A DNA stretch of 64,000 nt from an uncultured Candidatus Saccharibacteria bacterium (GCA_947085855.1 CAMTYB010000001.1:277788-341787); one strand, 5' to 3'; positions 27,549-38,036 are shown, numbered from the stretch's first letter. The notes: generated from the sequence alone by a model not told the origin. Made by a program: numbers and translations.

Positions 27549-29621
27549 TTATTTGATATCAAATTCTTTGTTCAAGAATTCGACCAACTCTGGAGAAAGA
27601 GTTGTTTTGCCAGGACCATTAAAGCCCACACCACCCTGGACGTCTTGCGGTGAGATATTAGTCATGTGCTCAGGAGTAAGCAAACCAGCGTTGCGTGCTT
27701 TTTCGAATACTTCATATGATTGAGTCGGTGTCACCTCTATGCCATGGACGCTCAAGTAGTCGCTCATGGTATGCGTTGGGCCATCACCAGATTCAACTTT
27801 ATCTGTCCAAGCCTGGACCGCTTCCTGTGAGCCACTGCCACTGTCGGAGCCAGACGATGGATCTGCATCTGGAGCAACTGCTTGCTCGGCAGCCTCTTGA
27901 ATATGATCACCAACACTATTACCACCACGATCAACATCAGGACCACCGCCACCGCTGAGCTGACTCGCAGTATCGTGATCCATGTAACCCTTGTAGGTTG
28001 CATACGTAGCTGCTAGCACAGCAATGCCGAGTCCCGCAGCAACTAGTTTCTCTTTGGTAGTCCATTTCTTATCTGATTCACCCGAAGTTGCAGCCTGTGC
28101 CTGATTCATAAATCGATTAACTACTAAGCTTGTTACTAAACGAGTAGCCCGTTGGCGCAAGTTACGTAATGATGGGCGGCGACGCGCCTCTGACCCGTCA
28201 TCACCGAGCTCTTTGGTGAGCTGACGGCGCAAGTCATCACGCAAGCGAGCAGCATCTTCGTACAGCTGATCTTCGTGCGAGTCTGGCAAGGTATTTGGGC
28301 GCTTGCGGCGTGATTGCCAGTTTTTATCGGACTGTGCCATGAAGTTGAGGAGTTGAGATTGGGTCATCTCTTCTTCAACCATTTCAAATGAACCATCGAC
28401 TTGCTCTTCTTTGATCTTGAGCTTGATCAGAATCTGGCCGTCGGCATCGCGATAGGCGTCAAGGAGTTGTGGGCCAGCTATCAGTTTTCCGTTTTCCATC
28501 ATAGGAATACGATCTGGTCGCAACAAATTGTCGAGACCCATCGACTCAAAGATTTCGTCACGTTCACGTTCGGCATTTGTAGCGGCTTCTGGATCTGATA
28601 CAGGGGTAGGCACCGGTTGATCAACGATAGTTTCGGCGAAGCCATCAACTGCACCCTCATTAGCTGCACCTTTAGGTCCAGGCGCATCGCGGCCGACCTG
28701 CTCCCAGAACTTACTACGAATATCAGAGGTGCGACCCTCGCTCAACCGCGCTAACTCATCAGGGTCTGGCTTATCGTTAACTTCGAGGCCGATAATTTCG
28801 GTAACCTTACCAACGCCTTCACGCATAAAATCAGGCTGGAAGGGCTGATTGAGTGCGATTTTGGTACTTATCATCGAGTTATTAGAAATGCGCTCTAGTG
28901 CCAAGCCGTCACTCTGCTCACTAGCGTTGCCGTTAATGACAACCCAATCCTCTTCACCAAAACTTGGCGCACTACTCGAGGAGTCAATCGTCCGGGCTCG
29001 GACGATTGCATAGGTGTTGCCTTTATCATCTCTAAAATACAACTCTCTTTGGGTTGTAGGCTCCGGTTCGTAGGCCGTAGCGTGCAAGCTAACATCTTCA
29101 TTAACCCTAAAACCAAGTATGCCATCAACATCGACCGGGCTAAACTTCCGGGCTGGTTTTTCGTGAGAAATTGCATCTTCTTTGGCTTCGATTTCAACTG
29201 GCGCCTCTGGAGCTGGTGCTGCCTTAGCAGCGTCAAATTCTTCTCTCTTAGTCCTGACGTAGTTGTTGACTGTGTCATGGAATCTACCTACTTCAGTAGG
29301 GTCAGTTACTCGATTACGGCTGATGGTATGGTCAATTTTTTCACCTAGCACATCGTAAAGTCGGGCTACCTGCGGGCTAGCTGGATCTGTCGACTGAAGT
29401 TCTGCCACCTTGCTGGCCACTTCAAGCAAATGCATGTCATCGTAATTTGTCTCGTCTTCCAGGTGTGTCTGGGCTTGCTCGGTGACCTGAGCGGGCTGGT
29501 CGCCGGCTGTAAGTTGTGGATCCAAGTCTAGATCTGGCTGGCCGCCTGTCTGACGTGGATTATCGAAGACTGGGTCCAGATCAATAACGTATTGAGAGTG
29601 AGAGCCGTTTTCTCGTGCCAT
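27549..29621 (-). CDS. Large acidic hypothetical protein with a single TM segment near the C-terminus (690 aa)
   Basis: TM LVAAGLGIAVLAATYATY at about aa 525-545, followed by a ~140-aa C-terminal domain. I recognise no family. Confidence 0.6.
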   Translation of the reverse strand: MARENGSHSQYVIDLDPVFDNPRQTGGQPDLDLDPQLTAGDQPAQVTEQAQTHLEDETNYDDMHLLEVASKVAELQSTDPASPQVARLYDVLGEKIDHTISRNRVTDPTEVGRFHDTVNNYVRTKREEFDAAKAAPAPEAPVEIEAKEDAISHEKPARKFSPVDVDGILGFRVNEDVSLHATAYEPEPTTQRELYFRDDKGNTYAIVRARTIDSSSSAPSFGEEDWVVINGNASEQSDGLALERISNNSMISTKIALNQPFQPDFMREGVGKVTEIIGLEVNDKPDPDELARLSEGRTSDIRSKFWEQVGRDAPGPKGAANEGAVDGFAETIVDQPVPTPVSDPEAATNAERERDEIFESMGLDNLLRPDRIPMMENGKLIAGPQLLDAYRDADGQILIKLKIKEEQVDGSFEMVEEEMTQSQLLNFMAQSDKNWQSRRKRPNTLPDSHEDQLYEDAARLRDDLRRQLTKELGDDGSEARRRPSLRNLRQRATRLVTSLVVNRFMNQAQAATSGESDKKWTTKEKLVAAGLGIAVLAATYATYKGYMDHDTASQLSGGGGPDVDRGGNSVGDHIQEAAEQAVAPDADPSSGSDSGSGSQEAVQAWTDKVESGDGPTHTMSDYLSVHGIEVTPTQSYEVFEKARNAGLLTPEHMTNISPQDVQGGVGFNGPGKTTLSPELVEFLNKEFDIK

Positions 29622-29739
29622 ATCTCGTGATTCCTATCTTTTTGCTAAAAACTACTTTTTTGTATTTTTGTGAATTTGGTTAAATTGTAGCATAACGGAC
29701 TTAAAATGTCAATCATAAGCGTTCTCTAGCGCTTATCTG

Positions 29740-31302
29740 TTAACCAAACAATAGGTATGCGAACACACCAATAACAATCGTGATAACACCCATGAGTACG
29801 CCATTGGCTATTGCGTTTCGATAGAGGTCGTCGTTATTCGTGGCGGCAACCTGTGTCGCCATAGGCCGATTAGAAGCCTCCCTTAACGGGGGTGGTGTGA
29901 AACTCACGGCACTGCCATGATTACTGGTGGCGTGAGTTGCTGAGGCTGAGGTTTGCGGAGCGGCTGTACCGAGGGCAAACTGCTTAGCAATCCGGGGGTC
30001 ATCCATGGCCTCATGACGACGCTCTCGGATTTTTTCAGCCGGCTGCAAGGGCGGTAGCTCGGCTTGTTGCTCGTTCATATGAGCTGTCTCCGTCTGAGGT
30101 AATCGTTGTTCAATTTCTTCGAAACTGGTGGTTCTTTTGGATTCATCGTCCTTGTGAAGTTCTGCCAATAAATCGGGCTGCGCCGTTTCGTGGGCGTCAA
30201 GCATGGCTGGCAAGCGTAAATCGCCCGTATCTTCATGTTCGGTTGGTTCTGGTACGCTATTTTCTTGATGTCGCCTCAGGCGCTTCACGATTTCTTGAGC
30301 AGCTGGAGCAGCTGCAATAACTTCGCTGACTTTAACTGCGGCATCATGTGGCGAGTTATCAAGTTCAGAGACAGTTTGTAGAGCCTCCTGTTGCTTGCCT
30401 TGCTCGGCCTGGAGCTGAGCGTGTCGCTGCTCGAGACTCTCAAGACGAGCTCGTTGCGTTTGTAGATCTGCCTCGGCCTGCTGCTTGGTGGCCTGAGCTC
30501 GCTCACGCTCAACAGCAGTTTGTTGCTGAGCTTCTTCTACTTGCTTATTAAGGTTTCTGTTGATGCGTTTTTGACGACGTTTGTCGCGACGACGAAAATA
30601 ATTAGCCGCTAGAAAGGCTACGATGGCGGGGCCAGCTGCGTCACCTCGCTCAATAACTGTAGTCGATGACTGATTTGGCGTCGCCTCTTGGTGCGCTGCC
30701 GCAACCACCTGTGGTGGCTGCTCGCTGTTTTCCCCGCCCCCTTCGCTCGCTGGCGGACTCGGTGGCACCTCACCACCTTCATTGCCACGGCCACCATTGC
30801 CGCCTAGTTCATCGGCAGTCTGCGGTTCAATGTCTGACACCGTGTCAGTATTTGGAACTTCTGCCAGTGGTGACTCAACTGACTTAGGCTCTTCATCTTC
30901 GATACCATCCGACGTTGGTGTTTCTGGCGCCTGCTCATTCTGAAGCAATTGACCAAGGGGCTGTTGAGGCGGATGTTGGTCTGTTGGTGCTTCGGAGACA
31001 GGATTATAGTGCTCCTGGGTGTCGTCGACTGGTTCTGGTTCGGCAAATGATTCGGTTGAGTCGGTTTGCTCATTGGCTTGGGACTTTCGGTCGGTATTTA
31101 ACAAAAAATTAATACTGTTAGCTGACAATGGTTGCACGGGGGTGTCGGAAGCAGATAGTTCGTTAGGCTGAGCAAGCGGTAGTTTTGGGATTTTAGGACC
31201 CTTATCGGCACTCGACGAACTAGCTATGCCAAAGACATCCCCAGTCTCTTCCGGCTGGTCTTCATCTTCGCCACCGAAGTTCATTCTGTTGAGGTTTTTC
31301 AT
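29740..31302 (-). CDS. Low-complexity, coiled-coil, tail-anchored hypothetical membrane protein (520 aa)
   Basis: Acidic P/E/Q-rich N-half; hydrophobic segment followed by RRRDKRRQKR; Q/A/E-rich coiled coil; C-terminal TM GVLMGVITIVIGVFAYLLFG. Confidence 0.6.
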   Translation of the reverse strand: MKNLNRMNFGGEDEDQPEETGDVFGIASSSSADKGPKIPKLPLAQPNELSASDTPVQPLSANSINFLLNTDRKSQANEQTDSTESFAEPEPVDDTQEHYNPVSEAPTDQHPPQQPLGQLLQNEQAPETPTSDGIEDEEPKSVESPLAEVPNTDTVSDIEPQTADELGGNGGRGNEGGEVPPSPPASEGGGENSEQPPQVVAAAHQEATPNQSSTTVIERGDAAGPAIVAFLAANYFRRRDKRRQKRINRNLNKQVEEAQQQTAVERERAQATKQQAEADLQTQRARLESLEQRHAQLQAEQGKQQEALQTVSELDNSPHDAAVKVSEVIAAAPAAQEIVKRLRRHQENSVPEPTEHEDTGDLRLPAMLDAHETAQPDLLAELHKDDESKRTTSFEEIEQRLPQTETAHMNEQQAELPPLQPAEKIRERRHEAMDDPRIAKQFALGTAAPQTSASATHATSNHGSAVSFTPPPLREASNRPMATQVAATNNDDLYRNAIANGVLMGVITIVIGVFAYLLFG

Positions 31303-31328
31303 AACAACACCTCAAGTGCTCGACACTA

Positions 31329-33098
31329 CTAGAGTGTACGGGCTACTGTCTCCTGGGTGTAGAAATCGATCCGGTCTTCTTCCTTCAGATCAACTCGACT
31401 GGTCGACTTAAAGCTAATTCCACACATTTCGCCTTCGAAGACTTCTTTAGCTTCTTGTGGACCACGCTTCAAGCTCACAACTTCAACTTCTGCAATTACC
31501 TCATCACCGCGCGTAACAGTAGCTAAGGCTGGGCTAACCAACTTGCCTTTGGTAACTTCGCCACCGCAGATAACTTCAGTTTTGGTGATTTTGAAGACGC
31601 CCTTCACAAGCAAGCGTCCTAGATCAGTCCTGATAACTTTTGGCGGTAATAGCTTAGTTAATTCGTCTTTTGCGTCGTCTATAAGCTCATATATGACGTT
31701 ATAAAGGCGAATCGGTACTCGATCGCGACTTGCCAATTGCTTGATACTAGCCGGTGCCTGTACGTTAAAGCCATAGATAATGGCGTCGCTGGTAGCAGCC
31801 AGGTGCACGTCTTTTTCGGTAACCACACCGACGCCTGAACCAACCACGCGAACAGCTACTTCATCAGTATCGAGCGTTTTAAGGCTATCAAGGACAGAAG
31901 TAAGCGAGCCTTGCACGTCGGTCTTGATAATAATATTAAGTTCGTTAACGGTATTCGCACGATTAATGATGCGAATGAGGTCGCTGCCGCTAATATCAGC
32001 ATTACTTTGGGTGTGAGCGCGCTGCTCGGCGTTTGCGTCAGCTTCGGCGCGGGCCTCTTTCTCTGTTTTTACTACGGTAAATTCATCACCAAACTCAGGT
32101 AATGACTTAAAGCCGGTGATGACTGCTGGTGTTGAGGGTCCAGCTGAATCAAGGACTTTTCCATCGGTTGATTCAAGGTTGCGAACCTTGGCATACGTTG
32201 CGCCTGCTACAACAAAGCCGCCCTTGCTGAGTAGGCCTGATTCTACGAGTGCTACAGCAACGGGACCTCGTCCCTGCTCCATGTGGGCCTCGATGATCAA
32301 ACCACGAGCTGGGCCTTTGGCGTCAGCACGCAGGTCTTCAACATCAGCAACCAAAACAACCATGTCGAGCAATTTATCGAGATTGGTCTTTTCTTTGGCA
32401 GAAACTTCAACTGCAACAACTTCGCCGCCCCACTCTTCTATCAAAAGGTTTTGCTCGGCAAGCTGCTGTTTGACGCGGTCAGGGTTAGCGCCTTCTTTGT
32501 CCATCTTGTTGATAGCTACGACAATCTTTACACCTGCTTTATTGGCAAAGCGAATAGCCTCAATTGTTTGAGGCTTGATGCCGTCATCAGCTGCAACCAC
32601 GATAATAACGAGGTCTGTTAGATAGGCGCCGTGCTCCCGAATCGCCGCAAAGGCTTCGTGGCCAGGCGTATCGAGAAACGTAATCGTTCGGTCTTTATGC
32701 TGTACTTGATAAGCTGAAATATGCTGAGTAATGCCACCGGCTTCGCCGCGCGCAACTTTTGCACCAGTTATAGCATCGAGTAGTGAGGTTTTTCCGTGGT
32801 CAACATGCCCCATCACAGCCACTACCGGTGGACGAGAGTCACCAGCACCTTCACTGGCAGTAGCTCGCTCCTGCTTGTTTCGGGCAGTGGTCGCTTCTAC
32901 TTTCTTGTGAGTCAGCTCAACATCTAGAGCAAGCTCGCCGACGATGATCTGGGCTGTGTCAAAATCCAGGCGCTCGTTAACGGTAGCGAGTACGCCGTTC
33001 TTCATCAGCTCACCGATTAACGTGGTGACTGGTATCTGTAACTGCTCAGCTAGAGCGCCTACGGTGATGCCATCTTCGATTTCTATAGTTCGGGCCAT
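31329..33098 (-). CDS. infB: Translation initiation factor IF-2 (short form)
   Basis: G-domain VMGHVDHGKTSLLD, DTPGHEAF and NKMD, followed by the C-terminal beta-barrel domains. Confidence 0.93.
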   Translation of the reverse strand: MARTIEIEDGITVGALAEQLQIPVTTLIGELMKNGVLATVNERLDFDTAQIIVGELALDVELTHKKVEATTARNKQERATASEGAGDSRPPVVAVMGHVDHGKTSLLDAITGAKVARGEAGGITQHISAYQVQHKDRTITFLDTPGHEAFAAIREHGAYLTDLVIIVVAADDGIKPQTIEAIRFANKAGVKIVVAINKMDKEGANPDRVKQQLAEQNLLIEEWGGEVVAVEVSAKEKTNLDKLLDMVVLVADVEDLRADAKGPARGLIIEAHMEQGRGPVAVALVESGLLSKGGFVVAGATYAKVRNLESTDGKVLDSAGPSTPAVITGFKSLPEFGDEFTVVKTEKEARAEADANAEQRAHTQSNADISGSDLIRIINRANTVNELNIIIKTDVQGSLTSVLDSLKTLDTDEVAVRVVGSGVGVVTEKDVHLAATSDAIIYGFNVQAPASIKQLASRDRVPIRLYNVIYELIDDAKDELTKLLPPKVIRTDLGRLLVKGVFKITKTEVICGGEVTKGKLVSPALATVTRGDEVIAEVEVVSLKRGPQEAKEVFEGEMCGISFKSTSRVDLKEEDRIDFYTQETVARTL

Positions 33099-33145
33099 AT
33101 GCGCGCTCCTTTCTGATTCGTTACGTTACATTACGGTTAAGTTGA

Positions 33146-34291
33146 TTAGCTTTTTGTATCAGCTTCGGGTTCGGCTTCTTCTTTAGAAGCTTTAGCTGAT
33201 TTGGTAGCTTTGGGGCTTTTAGCTTTCGCATCCTTAAGGCTCAGGGCAATTTTCCGAGCTTCGGTATCGATGTCGAGTACCTTGAACTGCTTTTTCTCGT
33301 TGAGCTTAAAGACTTCTTCTGGATTCACAGCATCGGCCTCATCGCTACCCATTTCTGAGACGTGGACGAGAGCTTCTACAGCTGGACTCAACTGTACAAA
33401 GGCGCCAAACGGCGTAATGCGCGTGACTTTACCTTCGACAACTTCACCTTTTTTAAAGGCTTTTACTTCTTTGACCCATGGGTCTTCTTGCATTTGCTTC
33501 AAGCTCAGGCTCAAGCGATCTTTGTCGATAGCGATAATCTTGGCTTCAATTTCTTGGCCAGTCTTTACGTAATCGCGTGGATCTTCAACTCGTTCCCATG
33601 AGATTTCAGAAATATGGATCAAGCCTTCAATGCCGTCAACATTCACGAATGCACCAAAGTCGATAACTCCAGTCACAAGACCTTTAACGGTATCGCCAAC
33701 TTTAAGCTTACCGAAGAGTTCTTGAACATCATCTTTAACAGCTTCTTTTTCTGAGAAGATAAGCTTATTGTCTTTACGACTGACATCGAGGATACGAACA
33801 CGGATTGAGTTATTAACCAAAGCGTTAAGCTTTTGGAGAATTTCATCTTTGTCGGCACCTGATACGCGTGGATAGTGACCGGCTGCAAGTTGTGAGACAG
33901 GCAAGAAGCCACGAATGCCTTCGAGTTCAACCAAGAGACCGCCACGGTTAGCGTCATACGGTGTTACTTCAACTGGTTCACCAGCATCAAAGAGTCGTTG
34001 GACTTCGTCCCAGCCACGATCTTTGGCGGCTCGGCGAACACTTAAGAGTGCAAAGCCTTCCTCTAGTTCTGGATCTACTACACTAGTAGTAACGGTTTGA
34101 CCGATTTCAAGCTGTTGGCCATGGCCAATTTCGCGTCGCATAACAACGCCAACGCCGTGAGCACCTAGGTCAATCCACACTTCATGCTTACGCACTGAGG
34201 TGACAGCTCCTTCTACAACATCTCCAGCTTTGAGAAGTTGAATATCGCTACCTGCAAGCAGGTCGTCCATAGTGATTGTTTTATTTGACAT
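33146..34291 (-). CDS. rpsA: 30S ribosomal protein S1 (four S1 domains)
   Basis: Repeated S1 OB-fold motifs (G.V..V...G.FV.L..GI.GL.H.SE). Lys/Ala-rich C-terminal tail. Confidence 0.88.
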   Translation of the reverse strand: MSNKTITMDDLLAGSDIQLLKAGDVVEGAVTSVRKHEVWIDLGAHGVGVVMRREIGHGQQLEIGQTVTTSVVDPELEEGFALLSVRRAAKDRGWDEVQRLFDAGEPVEVTPYDANRGGLLVELEGIRGFLPVSQLAAGHYPRVSGADKDEILQKLNALVNNSIRVRILDVSRKDNKLIFSEKEAVKDDVQELFGKLKVGDTVKGLVTGVIDFGAFVNVDGIEGLIHISEISWERVEDPRDYVKTGQEIEAKIIAIDKDRLSLSLKQMQEDPWVKEVKAFKKGEVVEGKVTRITPFGAFVQLSPAVEALVHVSEMGSDEADAVNPEEVFKLNEKKQFKVLDIDTEARKIALSLKDAKAKSPKATKSAKASKEEAEPEADTKS

Positions 34292-34448
34292 GTTAAATCA
34301 TGCCTCCTTATATGTACTGCGGCAACCCGTAGATTGTTACTCCGTTCAGACTTAGCCGTTATTATACCTGTTATACCCCTATAAGTAAAGTGAGCGTGGT
34401 GCGTTTATTGACTTGCCCAGACGCACCGTAAGCCTTACGATAAGTACG

Positions 34449-35261
34449 ATGTATCTTGCAATCGACATTGGGGGAACCAAAACCTTATTAGCTGTTTTCT
34501 CGACTCAGGGGAAACTGCTAGAATCGAACCGCTTTCCAACGCCGCCCGAATACGGTGATTTTTTGAAGACTCTTGAAGAAAATTATCAAAAACTAAAGCA
34601 TTTAACAGATATAAAACAAGTTGTTGTCGGTGCTCCCGGCAAAATCGATCGCACGACCGGCACAGTCGTAGCCTACGGCAATCGTGACTGGACAAACACC
34701 CCCTTGAAAGCCGACATCAAGAAAATCATCAAGCTACCGGTAACCATCGAGAACGATGCTAACCTAGCTGGCTTGTCTGAAGCAATTTTAATCTCTCACC
34801 AGTATAAAAAAGTTCTTTATGTGACTGTGAGCACTGGAATTGGGGCAATACTGGTCATAAATGGTAAGCTTGAGCCAGAATACGTCGATATGGAAGTTGG
34901 TAGCATGGTCTTTGAGCATGAGGGTAAAATCCAACAATGGGAAGACTTTGCCTCTGGCAAAGCATTATTCGAAAAATACGGTCGAAAAGCCAGCGAAATC
35001 GAGGAGCCGGCTATCTGGTACGAAATGAGCCATAATCTTGCCCTTGGCCTTACAAACGTAGTGGGGAGCCTAACGCCTGAAGTAGTCGTCATAGGTGGTG
35101 GTGTTGGCGCTCATTTTGATAAATTTGCTGATCGATTACATGAAGAAATGATGATCTATAACAGTCCGCTGGTATCGCTACCTTCCCTCCGGCAAGCCGT
35201 GCGGGCAGAAGATGCTGTGATCTATGGATGCTATGAACTCGCCAAGCAACTTGAAGCTTAG
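34449..35261 (+). CDS. ROK-family sugar kinase (glucokinase-like)
   Basis: MYLAIDIGGTKT phosphate-1 motif, DANLAGLSE, GIGAILVINGK. The ORF track starts at a TTG at 34413; I prefer the ATG at 34449. Confidence 0.75.
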   Translation: MYLAIDIGGTKTLLAVFSTQGKLLESNRFPTPPEYGDFLKTLEENYQKLKHLTDIKQVVVGAPGKIDRTTGTVVAYGNRDWTNTPLKADIKKIIKLPVTIENDANLAGLSEAILISHQYKKVLYVTVSTGIGAILVINGKLEPEYVDMEVGSMVFEHEGKIQQWEDFASGKALFEKYGRKASEIEEPAIWYEMSHNLALGLTNVVGSLTPEVVVIGGGVGAHFDKFADRLHEEMMIYNSPLVSLPSLRQAVRAEDAVIYGCYELAKQLEA

Positions 35262-35712
35262 TTTTACCGAGCTACTCAATAAGCTGACTCGTGACTTTCC
35301 AGCGGTTGATTTTATCGCCAGCGACACTTTTCGTTGGTCAGATACCAGTCAAGCGATTCATTACAATCCAAAGAGTAAAAATCCAGCCTGGTCACTACTC
35401 CATGAAGTTGGCCACATGCTCAACAAACATAGTAGCTACTCCTCAGACACCAGTCTGATTCGCATGGAAATGGAAGCCTGGGAAAGCGCCAAAGAGCTCG
35501 CCCAACGCTACGGACGGCGCATCAACGAAGATCACATTCAGGACTGCATGGACAGTTATCGAAGCTGGCAGCACAAACGCAGTAACTGTCCGATCTGTAC
35601 GCAAACCGGGATCGAAATCAAGAGTCGGACCTACCGCTGCATCAATTGTCAGCACGCCTGGGACGTCAACGCCAATCGACTCTGTCGAGTCTACCGGCTG
35701 AGTCATGCCTAA
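35224..35712 (+). CDS. Putative zinc metallopeptidase-like protein (HExxH) with C-terminal Cys4 zinc ribbon
   Basis: LLHEVGHMLNKH motif, plus CPICTQTG...CINCQHAW. The start is uncertain because the ORF overlaps the ROK gene by 38 nt. Confidence 0.5.
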   Translation: MDAMNSPSNLKLSFTELLNKLTRDFPAVDFIASDTFRWSDTSQAIHYNPKSKNPAWSLLHEVGHMLNKHSSYSSDTSLIRMEMEAWESAKELAQRYGRRINEDHIQDCMDSYRSWQHKRSNCPICTQTGIEIKSRTYRCINCQHAWDVNANRLCRVYRLSHA

Positions 35713-35715
35713 CTA

Positions 35716-35747
35716 AAAAGCACGCCTGATTGCTCAAGCGTGCTTTA
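35716..35747. terminator. Bidirectional terminator between convergent genes
   Basis: AAAGCACGC-12 nt-GCGTGCTTT. Confidence 0.65.
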
Positions 35748-35767
35748 GGAGTAAAACGAGCGTATAA

Positions 35768-35974
35768 CTACGCAGTTTTCTTGCTACGACGGCTGATTTG
35801 GCCACCTTTGCGGCCAGCGATGCGAGCAAGCTCGCGGTTCGCATAAAATCCACCTGTTCGACCTTTTGCACCACCGGCTGCGCCGATACGTGCATAGAAG
35901 TCAGAACCGTATTTCTTCTTGTTGGTAGCTGCAGCAGCTTTGCCGCCATCTTTTGTTCCTGCCATAAGAAACAA
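35768..35974 (-). CDS. KGG-repeat stress-induced protein (YciG/GsiB-like)
   Basis: Gly/Lys-rich repeats (GAAGGAKGRTGGF, IAGRKGGQISRR) typical of the KGG stress motif. Confidence 0.6.
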   Translation of the reverse strand: MFLMAGTKDGGKAAAATNKKKYGSDFYARIGAAGGAKGRTGGFYANRELARIAGRKGGQISRRSKKTA

Positions 35975-36157
35975 ACTCCCTTATCTCTTAATTAGTCGTG
36001 TCGAAAACAAAAGAGGGCGCTCTGCTGGCAGCATTTCTGCGACCGGAACAGAGGCACCCTCTTTGATCTATTCGATACTCATAAGTACTTTATCATACTC
36101 ATGCTAAGACGTCAATTATATTTACCAGTCACTTTTATGGAAATCTTGGGCAAAAAG

Positions 36158-36192
36158 AAAAGAGCCCTGCTACATGAGCGGGACTCTTTTAT
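36158..36192 (-). terminator. Intrinsic terminator after 5S rRNA
   Basis: On the minus strand, AAGAGTCCCGC-loop-GCAGGGCTCTT followed by TTCTTTTTG. Confidence 0.65.
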
Positions 36193-36196
36193 AAAA

Positions 36197-36309
36197 CGGC
36201 ACCGTGCTATCTTCCCAGGGCTTATGCCCAAGTATTGTAACCGCTACGAGGCTTAACTGCTGTGTTCGGAATGGGAACAGGTGTTTCCCTCGTGCTATGG
36301 GCACCGATT
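36197..36309 (-). rRNA. rrf: 5S rRNA
   Basis: The reverse complement reads CGGTGCCCATAGCACGAGGGAAACACCTGTTCCCATTCCGAACACAGCAGTTAAGCCTCGTAGCGG...GGGAAGATAGCACGGTGCCG. Confidence 0.9.
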
Positions 36310-36433
36310 ACAGTTTCTCTTGCTGTTTCGCAACAGAAAATCTAATCGGCACCCAAGACGGAGTGTTTTTTCGTTAACAAAATGTAAATAAACGTCTGTT
36401 TTACTAGTGATATGGAGGATTAAAAATCCGACA

Positions 36434-36455
36434 TAATCACCAATAACTAGTCAAA
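36434..36455 (-). other. 23S precursor processing-stem, 3' (trailer) strand
   Basis: A 22-nt segment complementary to 40006-40027, with one G-U pair. It brackets the 23S gene as RNase III processing stems do. Confidence 0.65.
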
Positions 36456-36779
36456 ATGCTTCCACAGACAGTAGTTATAAATAACCACCATCTATGGTCA
36501 TAAAAAGTCAATGAGGCTATTAGTACGCTTAGGCTGAACACATTGCTGTGCGTACACCGTGCGCCTATCAAACTGATCGTCTATCAGTGCCTTCATAGGG
36601 AAATCTAATCTTGAGGTCAGTTTCGCGCTTAATATGCTTTCAGCGCTTATCTGTTCCGCACTTAGCTACCCAACAATGCCATTGGTATGACAATTGGTAC
36701 ACCAGCGGTGCGTTCACCCCGGTCCTCTCGTACTAGGGGCAAATCCTCTCAAATTTCCTGACGTCCACAGCGGATATAA

Positions 36780-36813
<34 letters not shown>

Positions 36814-36841
36814 ACGTACCTCTTTAACCGGCGAACAGCCG

Positions 36842-36872
<31 letters not shown>

Positions 36873-37182
36873 AGATGAGCCGACATCGAGGTGCCAAACA
36901 GCGCCGTCTATGTGAACTATTGGGCGCTATAAGCCTGTTATCCCTGGCGTAACTTTTATCCGTTTGCGCTGTCGATCCCACGTTCAAATGACCAATGGTC
37001 AATAACAGCGGATCACTTACTCCCACTTTCGTGCCTGCTTGGCTTGTAGGCCTCACAGTCAAGCTGGCTTATGCGTATGCACTATCACTACGATTTCCAT
37101 CCGTAGTTAGCCAACCTTTGAACGCCTCCGCTACTCTTTAGGAGGCAACCGCCCCAGTTAAACTACCCACCAGACACGGTCC

Positions 37183-37303
37183 GGTTACCAGAAGCTATTC
37201 ACGAATCGTCTTTCTCAATTGCCGAGTTGAATCTTCGATTCAAAGGCAATTTCGCAAATACATTCGTTGCATTCACTAGATTCGTGAACAGGTTGTGGTA
37301 ACC
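37183..37303 (-). other. 23S expansion A (about 95 extra nt, domain V, near E. coli positions 2190-2230)
   Basis: Lies between the conserved blocks ACCCACCAGACAC and GGGTGGTATTTCA. It forms a long hairpin GGTTACCAGAAGCTATTCACGAATC/GATTCGTGAACAGGTTGTGGTAACC with an inner AATTGCC..GGCAATT hairpin. Confidence 0.7.
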
Positions 37304-37744
37304 GTAAGAATAAAACTACAACAAGGGTGGTATTTCACTGGTAACTCCACCTAGACTAGCGTCTAAGCTTCAAAGTTTCCCACCTATTCTACACATGTTG
37401 TAGCTCGATTCAATGTCAAGCTGTAGTAAAGCTGCACAGGGTCTTTTCGTCCTGCTGCGGACAGACGGCATCTTTACCGTCAATGCACTTTCACCGAGCT
37501 CTTCGTCGAGACAGTGCCCAAATCATTACTCCATTCGTGCGGGTCAGAACTTACCTGACAAGGAATTTCGCTACCTTAGGACGGTTATAGTTACCGCCGC
37601 CGTTCACCGGGGCTTCAGTTCGCACCGTGAAGCACTCCCCTTAACCTTCCGGCACCGGGCAGGAGTCAGCCCCTATACATCCACTTTCGTGTTAGCAGAG
37701 ACCTGTGTTTTTGGTAAACAGTTGCTTGGGCGCCTTAGCTGCGG

Positions 37745-38036
37745 CCCCGTCACACTATCTACCACGATAATGTGCTTATTAGGGGTCAGCCTTCTATTTG
37801 ATTTGATACAAAGTACCTCGACATTAACTCGTAAATTTAAGATACGAATAGAGATAGTTACAAACTCTAGACGTAAATTTTGTTTCTTGTTCAAAAAGAA
37901 AACTGGCTAATAGTCACATGTGTTCGTGTTATTTGTTACAACGAATTGTTCTAAATAACCTCTGTGTCAGTTTTTCTTTTCAGAAAAACTGGACACTAGC
38001 TTGCAAAGCAAGCTTCGTGATAAACACTGTGACGGG
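37745..38036 (-). other. 23S expansion B (about 235 extra nt, AT-rich, at the helix-63 region, E. coli about 1635-1735)
   Basis: Lies between the conserved AAACAGTTGC and CCCGAAGTTACGG blocks. It is closed by a 10-bp stem CCCCGTCACA/TGTGACGGGG. There is no credible ORF. Confidence 0.7.

Noticed and set aside
37673-37894. A 73-aa sense-strand ORF starting in 23S insertion B, considered as a possible homing endonuclease remnant.
   Set aside because: It has no LAGLIDADG, GIY-YIG or HNH-like motif. Most of it runs into conserved 23S sequence, and the insertion is too short to hold such a gene.
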